64,000 nt of DNA from Polyangiaceae bacterium (GTDB lineage Bacteria > Myxococcota_A > Polyangia > Polyangiales > Polyangiaceae), in NCBI GenBank assembly GCA_033763455.1, contig JANRKO010000060.1:78586-142585 (forward strand), in the 5' to 3' direction. This document shows, one piece after another, positions 50,848-59,237 of this stretch. Numbering within the stretch: the first letter of the stretch is position 1; each line of letters opens with the position of its first letter. Under the pieces are notes generated by a model. That model was given only the letters and a program-made list of their open reading frames with translations. It was not told the DNA's origin and did not search any database. The translations under genes were made by a program, and so were the position numbers.

Positions 50848-50884
50848 CCAGGCGTCGCAGAAGGATCCCGGAAATGTAACACCG
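50848..50884 (+). promoter_or_regulatory. Conserved upstream element (copy 2)
   Basis: Same motif as 49132-49168, at a similar distance from the paralog start. Confidence 0.55.
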
Positions 50885-50968
50885 ACGATGTCCGACCTGA
50901 GCTAAGATCCGTAGCCTAGAGCTGCTGTCCAGCGAGGGGGCGGCGAGCCGGGAATAGGGAGGCTGTAT

Positions 50969-53900
50969 ATGGTGGCAAGGTTTTTAATCGCAAAGGCAAC
51001 AGTAGTTGCATTGATCGGCATTTGCGGCAGCGGAGCGGTCGTGGGGTGCTCCGCGGGGAGGGATCGGGTTGCGCAGCGCAGCGTTGGCCAGGTGAGTTTG
51101 AAGCTCACCATAGCTCCGGGTGTGGACGTCAACGAGGTTTCTTTCACGGTGGTGGGCAATGGCATATCTCCGATCACAAACAAGATCCCCGTCGCCAATC
51201 TGGGCTCCACCGCCTCCGCCTTTGTCGGCGGCCTCCCGGCTGGTGCCGGCTACAACATCACGCTTTCTGCTGTATCGGTAGATGGCAAGACGCACTGCGG
51301 TGGCTCGGCTCCGTTCAGCGTAGTTGCTGGCCAGACGACCTCCGTGAGCATCGCTCTGCAGTGCCGTGGTCCAGAGACCACCGGTGGCGTGCAGGTTGGT
51401 GGCACGTTCAACAACTGCCCCACGGTTGACTCCTTGGTGGTATTCCCGCTTCAGGTGCTCGCTGGCGGAAGCATCAGCGTCTTCTCGGGTGCTAGCGATC
51501 TCGATGGCAACATGCTGACCACGAAGTGGAGTGCAACCGCCGGAAACTTCGTTGACGAGGCTGCTAAGGACACCAGCTACATTTGTTATGCTGCGGGCAA
51601 CCAGACCCTCACGGTTACTGTTTCCGACGGGAACCCAGCCTGCAACGCGACAGCTCAGGTTGGTGTAGAGTGCCTGGCCGCCGGTATTTGTGGTAACTTC
51701 GTTGTCGACCTCGGTGAGCAGTGTGACGACGCCAACCTCGTCAGCGGCGATGGCTGCTCCAGCATCTGCTTGCGCGAAATCTTCTGCAGCGACGGCCTCA
51801 AGGAAGGCAACGAAGAGTGCGATGACAGCAATAAGGTATCGGGCGACGGCTGCAGCAGCACCTGTCAGACCGAGATCTGCGGCAACAATCGCGTGGACGC
51901 GAACGAACAGTGCGATCCCCCGAACGGAGTGACCTGTGACGCGCAGTGCATGGGGATCGGTCTGGCTTGCGGCAACGGTATCAAGCAGGCCTACGAAGCT
52001 TGCGACGACGGCAACCTCATCAGTGGCGACGGCTGCGAGCTTGACTGCACAATCACCCCCGATCCTTGCAAGACCTGCTTGGCCGCTAGCTGCCAAACCA
52101 ACATCGACGCATGCACCAACGCCACTGGCACCGCAGCAGCGGGTCCAGCAGCGGGTCAGCCCAAGAGCGCACTCTGCGCTGCGATGAACACCTGTGCTGA
52201 CACGACGAAGTGCGCCAGGGGCAGTTTTGGTTCGGGTGAAGCCTGCTACTGCGGTACGGTCGACACCACGAACTGCATCTCCGGTCTGGCTAACGGTCTG
52301 TGCAAGACCGAGGCAGAGCGCGCTGCAGAAACCACGAGCGGCCTCACGGTTGGTCAGCGTTGGGTAAACCCAGGATTTGCTGTCGGTATCTCCGGCCAGT
52401 ACATCCGTTGTTCACTCCAGCAGTGCAAGACGCAGTGCGGCTTGGGTTCTGGGTCTTCCTCCAATTGCGGCAACGGTGTGAAGGAGGGTAACGAAGCCTG
52501 CGACGATGGCAATACGTCCTCGGGTGATGGCTGCAGCGCGGCCTGTTTGACGGAGAGTTGTGGCAATTCGCGACTGGACGTTGGAGAGGACTGTGATCCG
52601 CCCGACGGCACAAGCTGTGACGTAGCCTGTAAGTTCGAATGCGGTAACGGCATCAGACATACGAGCGAAGAATGCGACGACGGGAACAGGGTTTCGAACG
52701 ACGGGTGCGACAGCAGCTGCAGGCGTGAGGTTTGCGGTAACCGGCTCGTGGAGGGCAATGAAGAGTGTGATCCGCCGAACGGCACAAGCTGCGACACAGT
52801 ATGTAAACGTGAATGCGGCAACGGCGTTCAGCGAGGGGGCGAAGAGTGCGACGATGGCAATCGCGTCGGTGGCGACGGTTGCGAGGCTGACTGCAGGATA
52901 TCCTCGACGGCTCCCTGCCCATCGTGCGTGGCGTTGAGATGTCAATCGTCTATCGACGCTTGTAGCACCGCAACGGGCAACGCAGCAGCGGGCCCCGCAG
53001 CAGGTCAGCCCAAGAAAGACCTCTGCGGTGCGATGATCGATTGTGCGAACACTACGAAGTGCGCCAAGGGCAGCCTTGGTTCAGGTGAACGCTGCTACTG
53101 CGGGACGTTTGACACCACGAGCTGTATCTCGGGTTTCGCCAATGGTCCGTGCAGAACCGAGGCAGAACGCGCCGCGGAGAGCACCACCGGTCTCACCGTT
53201 GGCCAGCGTTGGGCGAACTCCGACTTCGCTATAGGCCTCGCTACCTCCTACATCCGTTGTACCTTAGAGAAGTGCAAGTCTCAGTGCGAGCTCGGGGCTG
53301 CGATCTGCGGTGACGGAGTGGCGGACGGGGCTGAGGGGTGTGACGACGGAAACAAGATCAGTGGCGATGGCTGCTCGAGCACGTGTTCGCCCGAAATCCA
53401 ATGTGGGGATGGCAATCAAGAAGGCCACGAAGGTTGTGATGACGGCAACACGGTGTCGGGTGACGGCTGCAGTAGCAGCTGTTTGACTGAGGCTTGTGGC
53501 AACTTTCGCCTGGATGCCGACGAAGAGTGTGATCCGCCGAATGGCACAACCTGTGACGCAGCGTGTAAGAACGAATGCGGCAACGGCATCGTTCGAGGTT
53601 TGGAGGAGTGTGACGACGGCAACCGGATCAGCGGCGACGGATGCGAGTACTGTATCCTCCCTTCCGAGCCCACCGCTCTCTGTCTTGGCTGCATCGGAGC
53701 GAGCTGCCAGAGCTTCATCGATCGTTGCACCACCGCAACGGGCACCGCAGCAGCGGGTCCGGCCGCGGGCCAGCCGAAGAAGGACCTCTGCGGTGCGATG
53801 ATCGATTGTGCGAACGCCACGAAGTGCGCCAAGGGCAGCCTTGGTTCGGGTGAAGGCTGCTATTGCGGTACGGTCGACACCACGAGCTGCATCTCCGGTC

Positions 53901-54064
53901 TGGCTAACGGTCTGTGCAAGACCGAGGCAGAACGCGCTGCAGAAACCACGAGCGGCCTCACGGTTGGTCAGCGTTGGGTGGACCCACGATTTGCTGTAGG
54001 TATCTCCGGCCAGTACATCCGTTGTTCACTCCAGCAGTGCAAGACGCAGTGCGGCTTGCAGTAA
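50969..54064 (+). CDS. Expanded paralog of 49249-50730: Ig-like domains, many DUF4215-like repeats and three 14-Cys domains
   Basis: Lipobox VVGC; the first ~490 aa are colinear with the upstream gene (offset 1720 bp). Confidence 0.88.
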   Translation: MVARFLIAKATVVALIGICGSGAVVGCSAGRDRVAQRSVGQVSLKLTIAPGVDVNEVSFTVVGNGISPITNKIPVANLGSTASAFVGGLPAGAGYNITLSAVSVDGKTHCGGSAPFSVVAGQTTSVSIALQCRGPETTGGVQVGGTFNNCPTVDSLVVFPLQVLAGGSISVFSGASDLDGNMLTTKWSATAGNFVDEAAKDTSYICYAAGNQTLTVTVSDGNPACNATAQVGVECLAAGICGNFVVDLGEQCDDANLVSGDGCSSICLREIFCSDGLKEGNEECDDSNKVSGDGCSSTCQTEICGNNRVDANEQCDPPNGVTCDAQCMGIGLACGNGIKQAYEACDDGNLISGDGCELDCTITPDPCKTCLAASCQTNIDACTNATGTAAAGPAAGQPKSALCAAMNTCADTTKCARGSFGSGEACYCGTVDTTNCISGLANGLCKTEAERAAETTSGLTVGQRWVNPGFAVGISGQYIRCSLQQCKTQCGLGSGSSSNCGNGVKEGNEACDDGNTSSGDGCSAACLTESCGNSRLDVGEDCDPPDGTSCDVACKFECGNGIRHTSEECDDGNRVSNDGCDSSCRREVCGNRLVEGNEECDPPNGTSCDTVCKRECGNGVQRGGEECDDGNRVGGDGCEADCRISSTAPCPSCVALRCQSSIDACSTATGNAAAGPAAGQPKKDLCGAMIDCANTTKCAKGSLGSGERCYCGTFDTTSCISGFANGPCRTEAERAAESTTGLTVGQRWANSDFAIGLATSYIRCTLEKCKSQCELGAAICGDGVADGAEGCDDGNKISGDGCSSTCSPEIQCGDGNQEGHEGCDDGNTVSGDGCSSSCLTEACGNFRLDADEECDPPNGTTCDAACKNECGNGIVRGLEECDDGNRISGDGCEYCILPSEPTALCLGCIGASCQSFIDRCTTATGTAAAGPAAGQPKKDLCGAMIDCANATKCAKGSLGSGEGCYCGTVDTTSCISGLANGLCKTEAERAAETTSGLTVGQRWVDPRFAVGISGQYIRCSLQQCKTQCGLQ

Positions 54065-54154
54065 GCTAAGCAGTAAGGAGAGTGCGGGCTCGGCTCGCCT
54101 CGCAAACAAAGGAACTGGCGTCGGCACAGTGTGTCGGCGCCAGCGCCGTTTTGT
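54065..54154 (+). repeat. ~90-bp 3' UTR direct repeat (copy 2) containing the same hairpin (54115-54143)
   Basis: Nearly identical to 50731-50821. Confidence 0.9.
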
Positions 54155-54268
54155 AGGGACGGATGAGCCGACAAAGTTGCGCTTGGAACTCGTGCGATGT
54201 TTTGTAACGCGAACGCCCGATAATGTTCACAAGGCCGCCAAACTCTGGTTGCTAGGTTCGAACCCACG

Positions 54269-54859
54269 ATGAGCCCAAATGGTCGGTCTTTTGTCCAGCT
54301 GGGGGCGGTGGCCTTGCTGCTGGTTGTGGGTGTGTGGTTGCTGATCCCGACGGGCGAAAGCGCGCCAATGGCAGCCCCGGCGGGCGAGACATCGGGGCCG
54401 GCAGCTTCAGCGAGTAGTCCAAGTCCTCCTTCAGAACCGGGCGTTAGCGAAGCATGCCTGAAGTGTGGGGCGGCGGCGTGCGCCGAAGAGCAGAAGGGGT
54501 GCTCGGTGCTCTCAGGAACAGCGACCGATGGTTTTCGCAAGGGCGCGTCCCGAGTGCAACTTTGTGAGGAGGTTCTGTCGTGCGTCCGGAAAACCGGGTG
54601 TGCTCCAGGAGCACGCGGGGTGGGGCACGAATGTTACTGCGGCGGGGACGACGTGCAGAAGTGCATCACCGAGGCCACGCCGCACGGCCCGTGCAAGGAG
54701 GTGATCGAAGCCGCCGGTGAGTCGAATTCTCCGATGGAGGTAGGCAAACGTTGGGGTAACCATGAGTTCGCGGTGGGGGCGGCATTTCGGAGGGTCCGCT
54801 GTGAGGCTCAGCGCTGCCGAACCGAGTGTTTCCCTGGTGCTAAGCCAGAGGCGCGGTGA
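54269..54859 (+). CDS. Membrane-anchored or exported protein consisting of a single divergent 14-Cys domain
   Basis: N-terminal hydrophobic helix; all 14 Cys plus CYCG and G.RW....FA.G are conserved. Confidence 0.8.
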   Translation: MSPNGRSFVQLGAVALLLVVGVWLLIPTGESAPMAAPAGETSGPAASASSPSPPSEPGVSEACLKCGAAACAEEQKGCSVLSGTATDGFRKGASRVQLCEEVLSCVRKTGCAPGARGVGHECYCGGDDVQKCITEATPHGPCKEVIEAAGESNSPMEVGKRWGNHEFAVGAAFRRVRCEAQRCRTECFPGAKPEAR

Positions 54860-56343
54860 ACGTTCGGCTTGCGCTTGGTCCTCGGTCGTTTGGCTATTTG
54901 TTAGGCTTTTGGCTTGGTTTGGCGGCTTGCCAGAAGCGAGCGGTCGAGGAGTCGCAAGTAAGCGGCGTGCAGCCCAGACAGCCCAGCCTCCGTCTATTCG
55001 TGATCACGGATCTTGCTGGCACTTTGGAGCCCTGTGGCTGCCACGAGGGATCCTTGGGGGGCATGGATCGTTTGGTACACGTGGTGCATCAGGCGCGAAC
55101 GGACGGCGTTCCGGACCTCGTGCTCTCGGCGGGGTCGCTCTACTTTGCTGAGGAAGAGCGGCAAGATGAGTCTTTTCGGGCTCGAACAGTTGCGGACGTA
55201 TTGGCGCTCTTGCCGTTGGCGGCTTCGGCTCCAGGTTCTCGCGATCTGGCAAAGGGAAGGGCGCTACTTGGGGAATTGGCAGCGCGCTCTCGCACCAGGT
55301 TGCTGGCGGCAGGTACTCTCTTCGAGGAAGAGCCAACCTTGGGTGCCCGCACCGCAGCGGCCTTTGAACACGCTGGAAATATGCCGATTGCACCTGGAAT
55401 GAGCTTGGAGCTCAAGGGTTTAAAGATCGGGTTAGTGGGTTTGGTGGCACACCAGCCACACAATGGAAGCACCGTCGCGATGATGCCAAACACCGCCCTC
55501 AATGCGGCTGCGGAACGAGCTCGCGAACTGAGAGCGCAGGGAGCCAACTTGGTGGTTGGCTTGGTTACAGGCACAGCGGGGGACGCCAATATGCTCGCGG
55601 AGAGAGGCGAGCTCGATTTGACTGTATTGGGAGGTAACGGCACGGAGCGCTCAGAGCCTCAGCTCGTCGCGCGCCCCGTTTTGAGTGCCGGTGAGCGAGG
55701 GGAGCGCGTGTTGGTAGTAGATCTTTGGCTCGATACACCTGGGGCCGCGTTCCAGCGCTGGACGCTGCCAAAAGCACCGCCTGTAGCTCCACACCGAAAC
55801 TGGATTCGGTGGAGAAGCGAGGAGTTGAGCAGGCACGTCCAAAAGGAGGCAAAATCTCGTCAGATCCTGGAAAGCTTTGCCAAACAGGTCAACACCAGCA
55901 ATCGCAGTCAGTGGGAGCATGTTCAGCCACGCCCTGCGACGGAGAAAACGGGCGGGTACGTGGGATCGCGCCCGTGTGCCTCGTGTCACACCGCTGCGTA
56001 CCTTTGGTGGACACGCTCCGCCCATGGTCAAGCGTACCAGTCGCTCACAGAGGTTTCCAAAGAGTACCACCTGGATTGCGTTGGCTGTCATGTCACAGGT
56101 TACGACCAACCGGGTGGTTCAACAGTGACCCACGTGGAAGGCCTCACCAACGTGGGCTGCGAGAGTTGCCACGGTCCTGGCAGCGCACACGTGGCAGATA
56201 CAAGGCCACCCTTCAAGCACATCCACAAGGAGGTTGCGGAGGGTCTCTGCCGCAGTTGCCACACCCCGGAACACAGTGCGCCTTTTGATTTCAATCGCTA
56301 TCGCGAACGCCTGCTCGCACCCGGGCATGGTCTGCCGATGTAA
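54856..56343 (+). CDS. Lipoprotein: UshA/5'-nucleotidase-like domain fused to a tetraheme c554-like cytochrome c
   Basis: Lipobox LAAC and GTLEPCGC...LGGMDR; heme motifs CASCH, CVGCH, CESCHGPGSAH and CRSCH. Confidence 0.88.
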   Translation: MNVRLALGPRSFGYLLGFWLGLAACQKRAVEESQVSGVQPRQPSLRLFVITDLAGTLEPCGCHEGSLGGMDRLVHVVHQARTDGVPDLVLSAGSLYFAEEERQDESFRARTVADVLALLPLAASAPGSRDLAKGRALLGELAARSRTRLLAAGTLFEEEPTLGARTAAAFEHAGNMPIAPGMSLELKGLKIGLVGLVAHQPHNGSTVAMMPNTALNAAAERARELRAQGANLVVGLVTGTAGDANMLAERGELDLTVLGGNGTERSEPQLVARPVLSAGERGERVLVVDLWLDTPGAAFQRWTLPKAPPVAPHRNWIRWRSEELSRHVQKEAKSRQILESFAKQVNTSNRSQWEHVQPRPATEKTGGYVGSRPCASCHTAAYLWWTRSAHGQAYQSLTEVSKEYHLDCVGCHVTGYDQPGGSTVTHVEGLTNVGCESCHGPGSAHVADTRPPFKHIHKEVAEGLCRSCHTPEHSAPFDFNRYRERLLAPGHGLPM

Positions 56344-56352
56344 GCGAATTAA

Positions 56353-56368
56353 TGGCACAGAGTGTGCT
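56353..56368 (+). promoter_or_regulatory. Putative sigma-54 (-24/-12) promoter
   Basis: TGGCACAGAGTGTGCT matches TGGCAC-N5-(T)TGC with GG-N10-GC spacing, in intergenic DNA upstream of 56510. Confidence 0.65.
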
Positions 56369-56509
56369 TAGTTGAAGCGCATCCTGGCATGTCTTGGCCC
56401 CCAGCACGCCACTTCGTTCGTCTTCAAATCTTCACATCATTACTACTCACCTGAGTACGGTGTTTGGTCTATGCGCTACCGGCAAACCCGCTCGTAGGGA
56501 TTGATCATT

Positions 56510-58222
56510 ATGCTGAGAACGCGCCTCGCTTTCGTAATTGTTGGTGTGTCCTTGTTTGCAGCGCACTGCAACACCGATGGGCGGCGATCGCCAAGTCGCG
56601 TTACGATTTTCAGGAGCTTTGCCGGCGCAGAGGGGATCGCGGGCCAATCGCAGAACGGGCTCGGTGGTGCCATGGGTGCACAGGGCGGTGGTGCAGGGAG
56701 CGGTGGTGCAGCGAACGGATCGGGTGGCGAAGCGGGAGCTACGGGAGCTGCCGGCTCCCCAGGCGATACGGGGGGTGCGGCAAGCGGAGGTAACCCAACG
56801 TCAGCCGGGGGCAGTGGCACGGGAGGGGCGTTCCAGGTTACTGGCGGTAGCGGGGGCGTGCCTTCAGGCACGACGGGTGGGCAAGGCACGGGCACGACGG
56901 GTGGGCAAGGCACGGGAGGCAGCGGCAACGCATATGAGGTGTGCGTGGCTACTTGTCAGCAGACGTACTGCGATACGCAGCGCGCCAACTGCACGAATGC
57001 CACCGGCAATGCCGTGGCGGGACCTGCGGCGGGGCAGCCGAAGAAGAACTTGTGTGGCGACATGATCGCATGTGCTGAGGCGACGAAGTGTTACGCGGGG
57101 AGTACTGGCGCGGGTGAGAGCTGCTACTGCGGGACGGCGGACCAAGTTGGGTGCATTAGCGGCCTGGCTGACGGCGCGTGCAAGATGGAGGCCGAGAAGG
57201 CGGCCGAATCAAGCGTGGGCCTCACCATCGGTCAGCGCTGGGTAAACCCAGGTTACGCGATGGGGTTGAGCGGCGTGTTTATACGTTGCACCTTGAAGGC
57301 ACCTGTGGAATGCGCCAAGCAGTGTTCAAGTTCGGGCACTGGCGGTTCAGGGCCTGTCGGTGGCACAGGCGGTGGCTCATCTGGCGGAAGTGGCGGCACC
57401 GAAGCTGGCGGTACCGGTGGTGATCTTGGTCTGGGTGGCACCGAAGCTGGCGGTACCGGTGGTGACTTGGGTGCGGGTGGTTCGGGAGCTACCGGCGGTA
57501 GCGACGGCCTCGGAGGCGGCGGCAGCGGAGGTGCCCTAGGCGCTGGCGGTACGTTGGGCAGCGGTGGCACGTTAAGCAGCGGCGGAGGCGGCGGGTTGGG
57601 CGGAAGTGGAGGTTCGCTTGGTAGTGGTGGCTCCGGCGGAGGAACGCCTCCAGGAACTTGCGTTGGGCCGAGCTCGTGTTACGTCGATCTGAACGCCAAC
57701 GGTAAATCGGATTGCTCGGAGTCTGTGGTTGCCAATAGCCAGTTTTTGAACGACATCGCCGGATGGTCGCCCGGGTACCTGTCGGCTGGTGCGTGGAGTG
57801 CTTCTGGGCCAAACAGCTGTACGGGGTCAGTGGCAGCCACCGTGAAGAGCGGGCTTCAGCAGGGCGGTGTCTCCCAGTGCGTTCGGGTGACAGCTGGAGA
57901 TAGCTACCGCGTGCGCGCACAATACTTCATCGAGGCTTCCCTCACCACGACTGACGCGTCCCTTACGCTCGCCGCTTACTCGAACGCAGATTGCTCGACG
58001 GCTGGGCCAGCACTTCCTGGGGGCACATGGACATCGAGTGGCAGCGTACGCGGCACGTGGACTTCGCTCCGCTGGCTTTCGCAGGATACGCCCCCCGTAG
58101 ACCTGATGGTGATGCCGGTGGGTGCTCAATCACTGAGGATCTCCCTGAACGCAACTCGACCGAGCTCCTCACAGCCCGACGCCACGGTGCTGTGGGACAA
58201 CGTGTTACTCCTCAAACAGTGA
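56510..58222 (+). CDS. Gly-rich lipoprotein with one 14-Cys domain and a C-terminal CBM-like domain
   Basis: Lipobox-like AAHC, GGT/GGS linkers, domain paralogs elsewhere in the cluster. Start is the ATG at 56510 or the TTG at 56501. Confidence 0.82.
   Translation: MLRTRLAFVIVGVSLFAAHCNTDGRRSPSRVTIFRSFAGAEGIAGQSQNGLGGAMGAQGGGAGSGGAANGSGGEAGATGAAGSPGDTGGAASGGNPTSAGGSGTGGAFQVTGGSGGVPSGTTGGQGTGTTGGQGTGGSGNAYEVCVATCQQTYCDTQRANCTNATGNAVAGPAAGQPKKNLCGDMIACAEATKCYAGSTGAGESCYCGTADQVGCISGLADGACKMEAEKAAESSVGLTIGQRWVNPGYAMGLSGVFIRCTLKAPVECAKQCSSSGTGGSGPVGGTGGGSSGGSGGTEAGGTGGDLGLGGTEAGGTGGDLGAGGSGATGGSDGLGGGGSGGALGAGGTLGSGGTLSSGGGGGLGGSGGSLGSGGSGGGTPPGTCVGPSSCYVDLNANGKSDCSESVVANSQFLNDIAGWSPGYLSAGAWSASGPNSCTGSVAATVKSGLQQGGVSQCVRVTAGDSYRVRAQYFIEASLTTTDASLTLAAYSNADCSTAGPALPGGTWTSSGSVRGTWTSLRWLSQDTPPVDLMVMPVGAQSLRISLNATRPSSSQPDATVLWDNVLLLKQ
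56867..56914 (+). repeat. Perfect 24-bp tandem repeat x2 (GTTGGQGT)
   Basis: ggcacgacgggtgggcaaggcacg occurs twice in tandem. Confidence 0.9.
57395..57472 (+). repeat. 42-bp tandem repeat x2 (GTEAGGTGGDLG)
   Basis: ggcaccgaagctggcggtaccggtggtga at 57395 and 57437. Confidence 0.85.
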
Positions 58223-58228
58223 GGTCTC

Positions 58229-59200
58229 TTGGCAAACGGCCGCATGCAAAGTGGGTTACGCATCCGGGGAAGGTGGGTGAGCATTTCGGGTGCGCTTATA
58301 TCTTTGCTGTCGGCGCCGGAGGCGTTGGGCTTCTGTCGAGCGCATGCTTGTGATCCCGACTCGGGTCAGACTTGTACGCGGGATCCGGCGACCCAATGTT
58401 CGAATCAAGGGGTACAACTCAGCCGGAAGAACGGTTGCTTCACCTACGGCGTGGCGCGGGGAGCGGGGTTCCCGTTGGGGTTGAGCGATGCGGAGGTTGA
58501 AGCGATCATCGCGCGAGCCTTCCGAAAGTGGGCGTCCGCAGACTGCGACGGTCGGCCGCCAGGAATCGTTGTACGTACGGTGGGTGTCGTGGACGCAACA
58601 GCGCCGTTTACCTGTGGAGTTCCAAGTCTCAATTTAGACACCTGGTTCGTTACGCCCCTAACGAACTCCAGTGCGGAGATGCCGACCAACGCGTTGGTTG
58701 CGGGCGCAACTGTGCCCAAATTCCTTGAAGCTACTGGGGAAATTATCGATGCGGATGTCCGCCTGAATGAGTCTTTTTGGGGAGCTCTTAGGAAAGATCC
58801 GACATTCCTCGGACTCCTGGCCACAACCGCTGTGCACGAAGCGGGTCACGTACTCGGCTTGGCGCACTCTCAAGATAAAGCCGCCTTGATGTTCAGGAGC
58901 TATGAAGTTACCACCGATCGCCCGCTCGCTGCTGACGATGTGGCTGCGATCTGTACGCTCTACCCACCAGTGGAGAGTGTGACGTGCTCGGAGCCAGGTG
59001 TCACCGAGGCCGCTCTGAACCAGGCTGCTTGTGATGCTGTCGCCAAGCAGAGTGGATCGGGATGTGCGATGGGGAACGCCCGGCGTGAGCCAACGCCCTG
59101 GGCCTGGGCGGTGTTGTGCCTGGGGATTTTGGGGGTGGTGGGTTGGCTTGGATTGCGCTTTGCGTCTTCTAAGCCCTCTGCCCGAAAAGAGGTTCGTTAA
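58229..59200 (+). CDS. Matrixin-family (M10-like) zinc metalloprotease with MYXO-CTERM-like C-terminal anchor
   Basis: HEAGHVLGLAHS, Met-turn ALMF and DDVAAICTLYP; tail SGSGC, TM helix and basic residues. Confidence 0.88.
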   Translation: MANGRMQSGLRIRGRWVSISGALISLLSAPEALGFCRAHACDPDSGQTCTRDPATQCSNQGVQLSRKNGCFTYGVARGAGFPLGLSDAEVEAIIARAFRKWASADCDGRPPGIVVRTVGVVDATAPFTCGVPSLNLDTWFVTPLTNSSAEMPTNALVAGATVPKFLEATGEIIDADVRLNESFWGALRKDPTFLGLLATTAVHEAGHVLGLAHSQDKAALMFRSYEVTTDRPLAADDVAAICTLYPPVESVTCSEPGVTEAALNQAACDAVAKQSGSGCAMGNARREPTPWAWAVLCLGILGVVGWLGLRFASSKPSARKEVR

Positions 59201-59237
59201 TGGCTAACGCCGAGCGATCTGAGACCGCCGGGAACAT

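Noticed and set aside
50984..52096. 370-aa antisense ORF, and similar shadow ORFs such as 5646-6614, 30640-31599 and 29042-29842
   Set aside because: They lie opposite well-supported genes and are the expected by-product of GC-rich codon bias; no recognisable motifs.
49960..53650. Periodic gacgacggcaac-type motifs as a CRISPR array
   Set aside because: They are degenerate codons for CDDGN Cys-rich protein repeats; there is no invariant repeat-spacer pattern and no cas genes.
50347..54052. Near-identical repeats as a diversity-generating retroelement TR/VR pair
   Set aside because: Differences are mostly synonymous and not adenine-specific, all copies are in-frame coding, and there is no reverse transcriptase in the window.
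55027..55041. Selenoprotein at the EPCGC motif
   Set aside because: The codons are TGT and TGC; there is no in-frame TGA.
50347..57325. CxxC pairs in the 14-Cys domain as heme c sites
   Set aside because: No His follows the CxxC in any copy.
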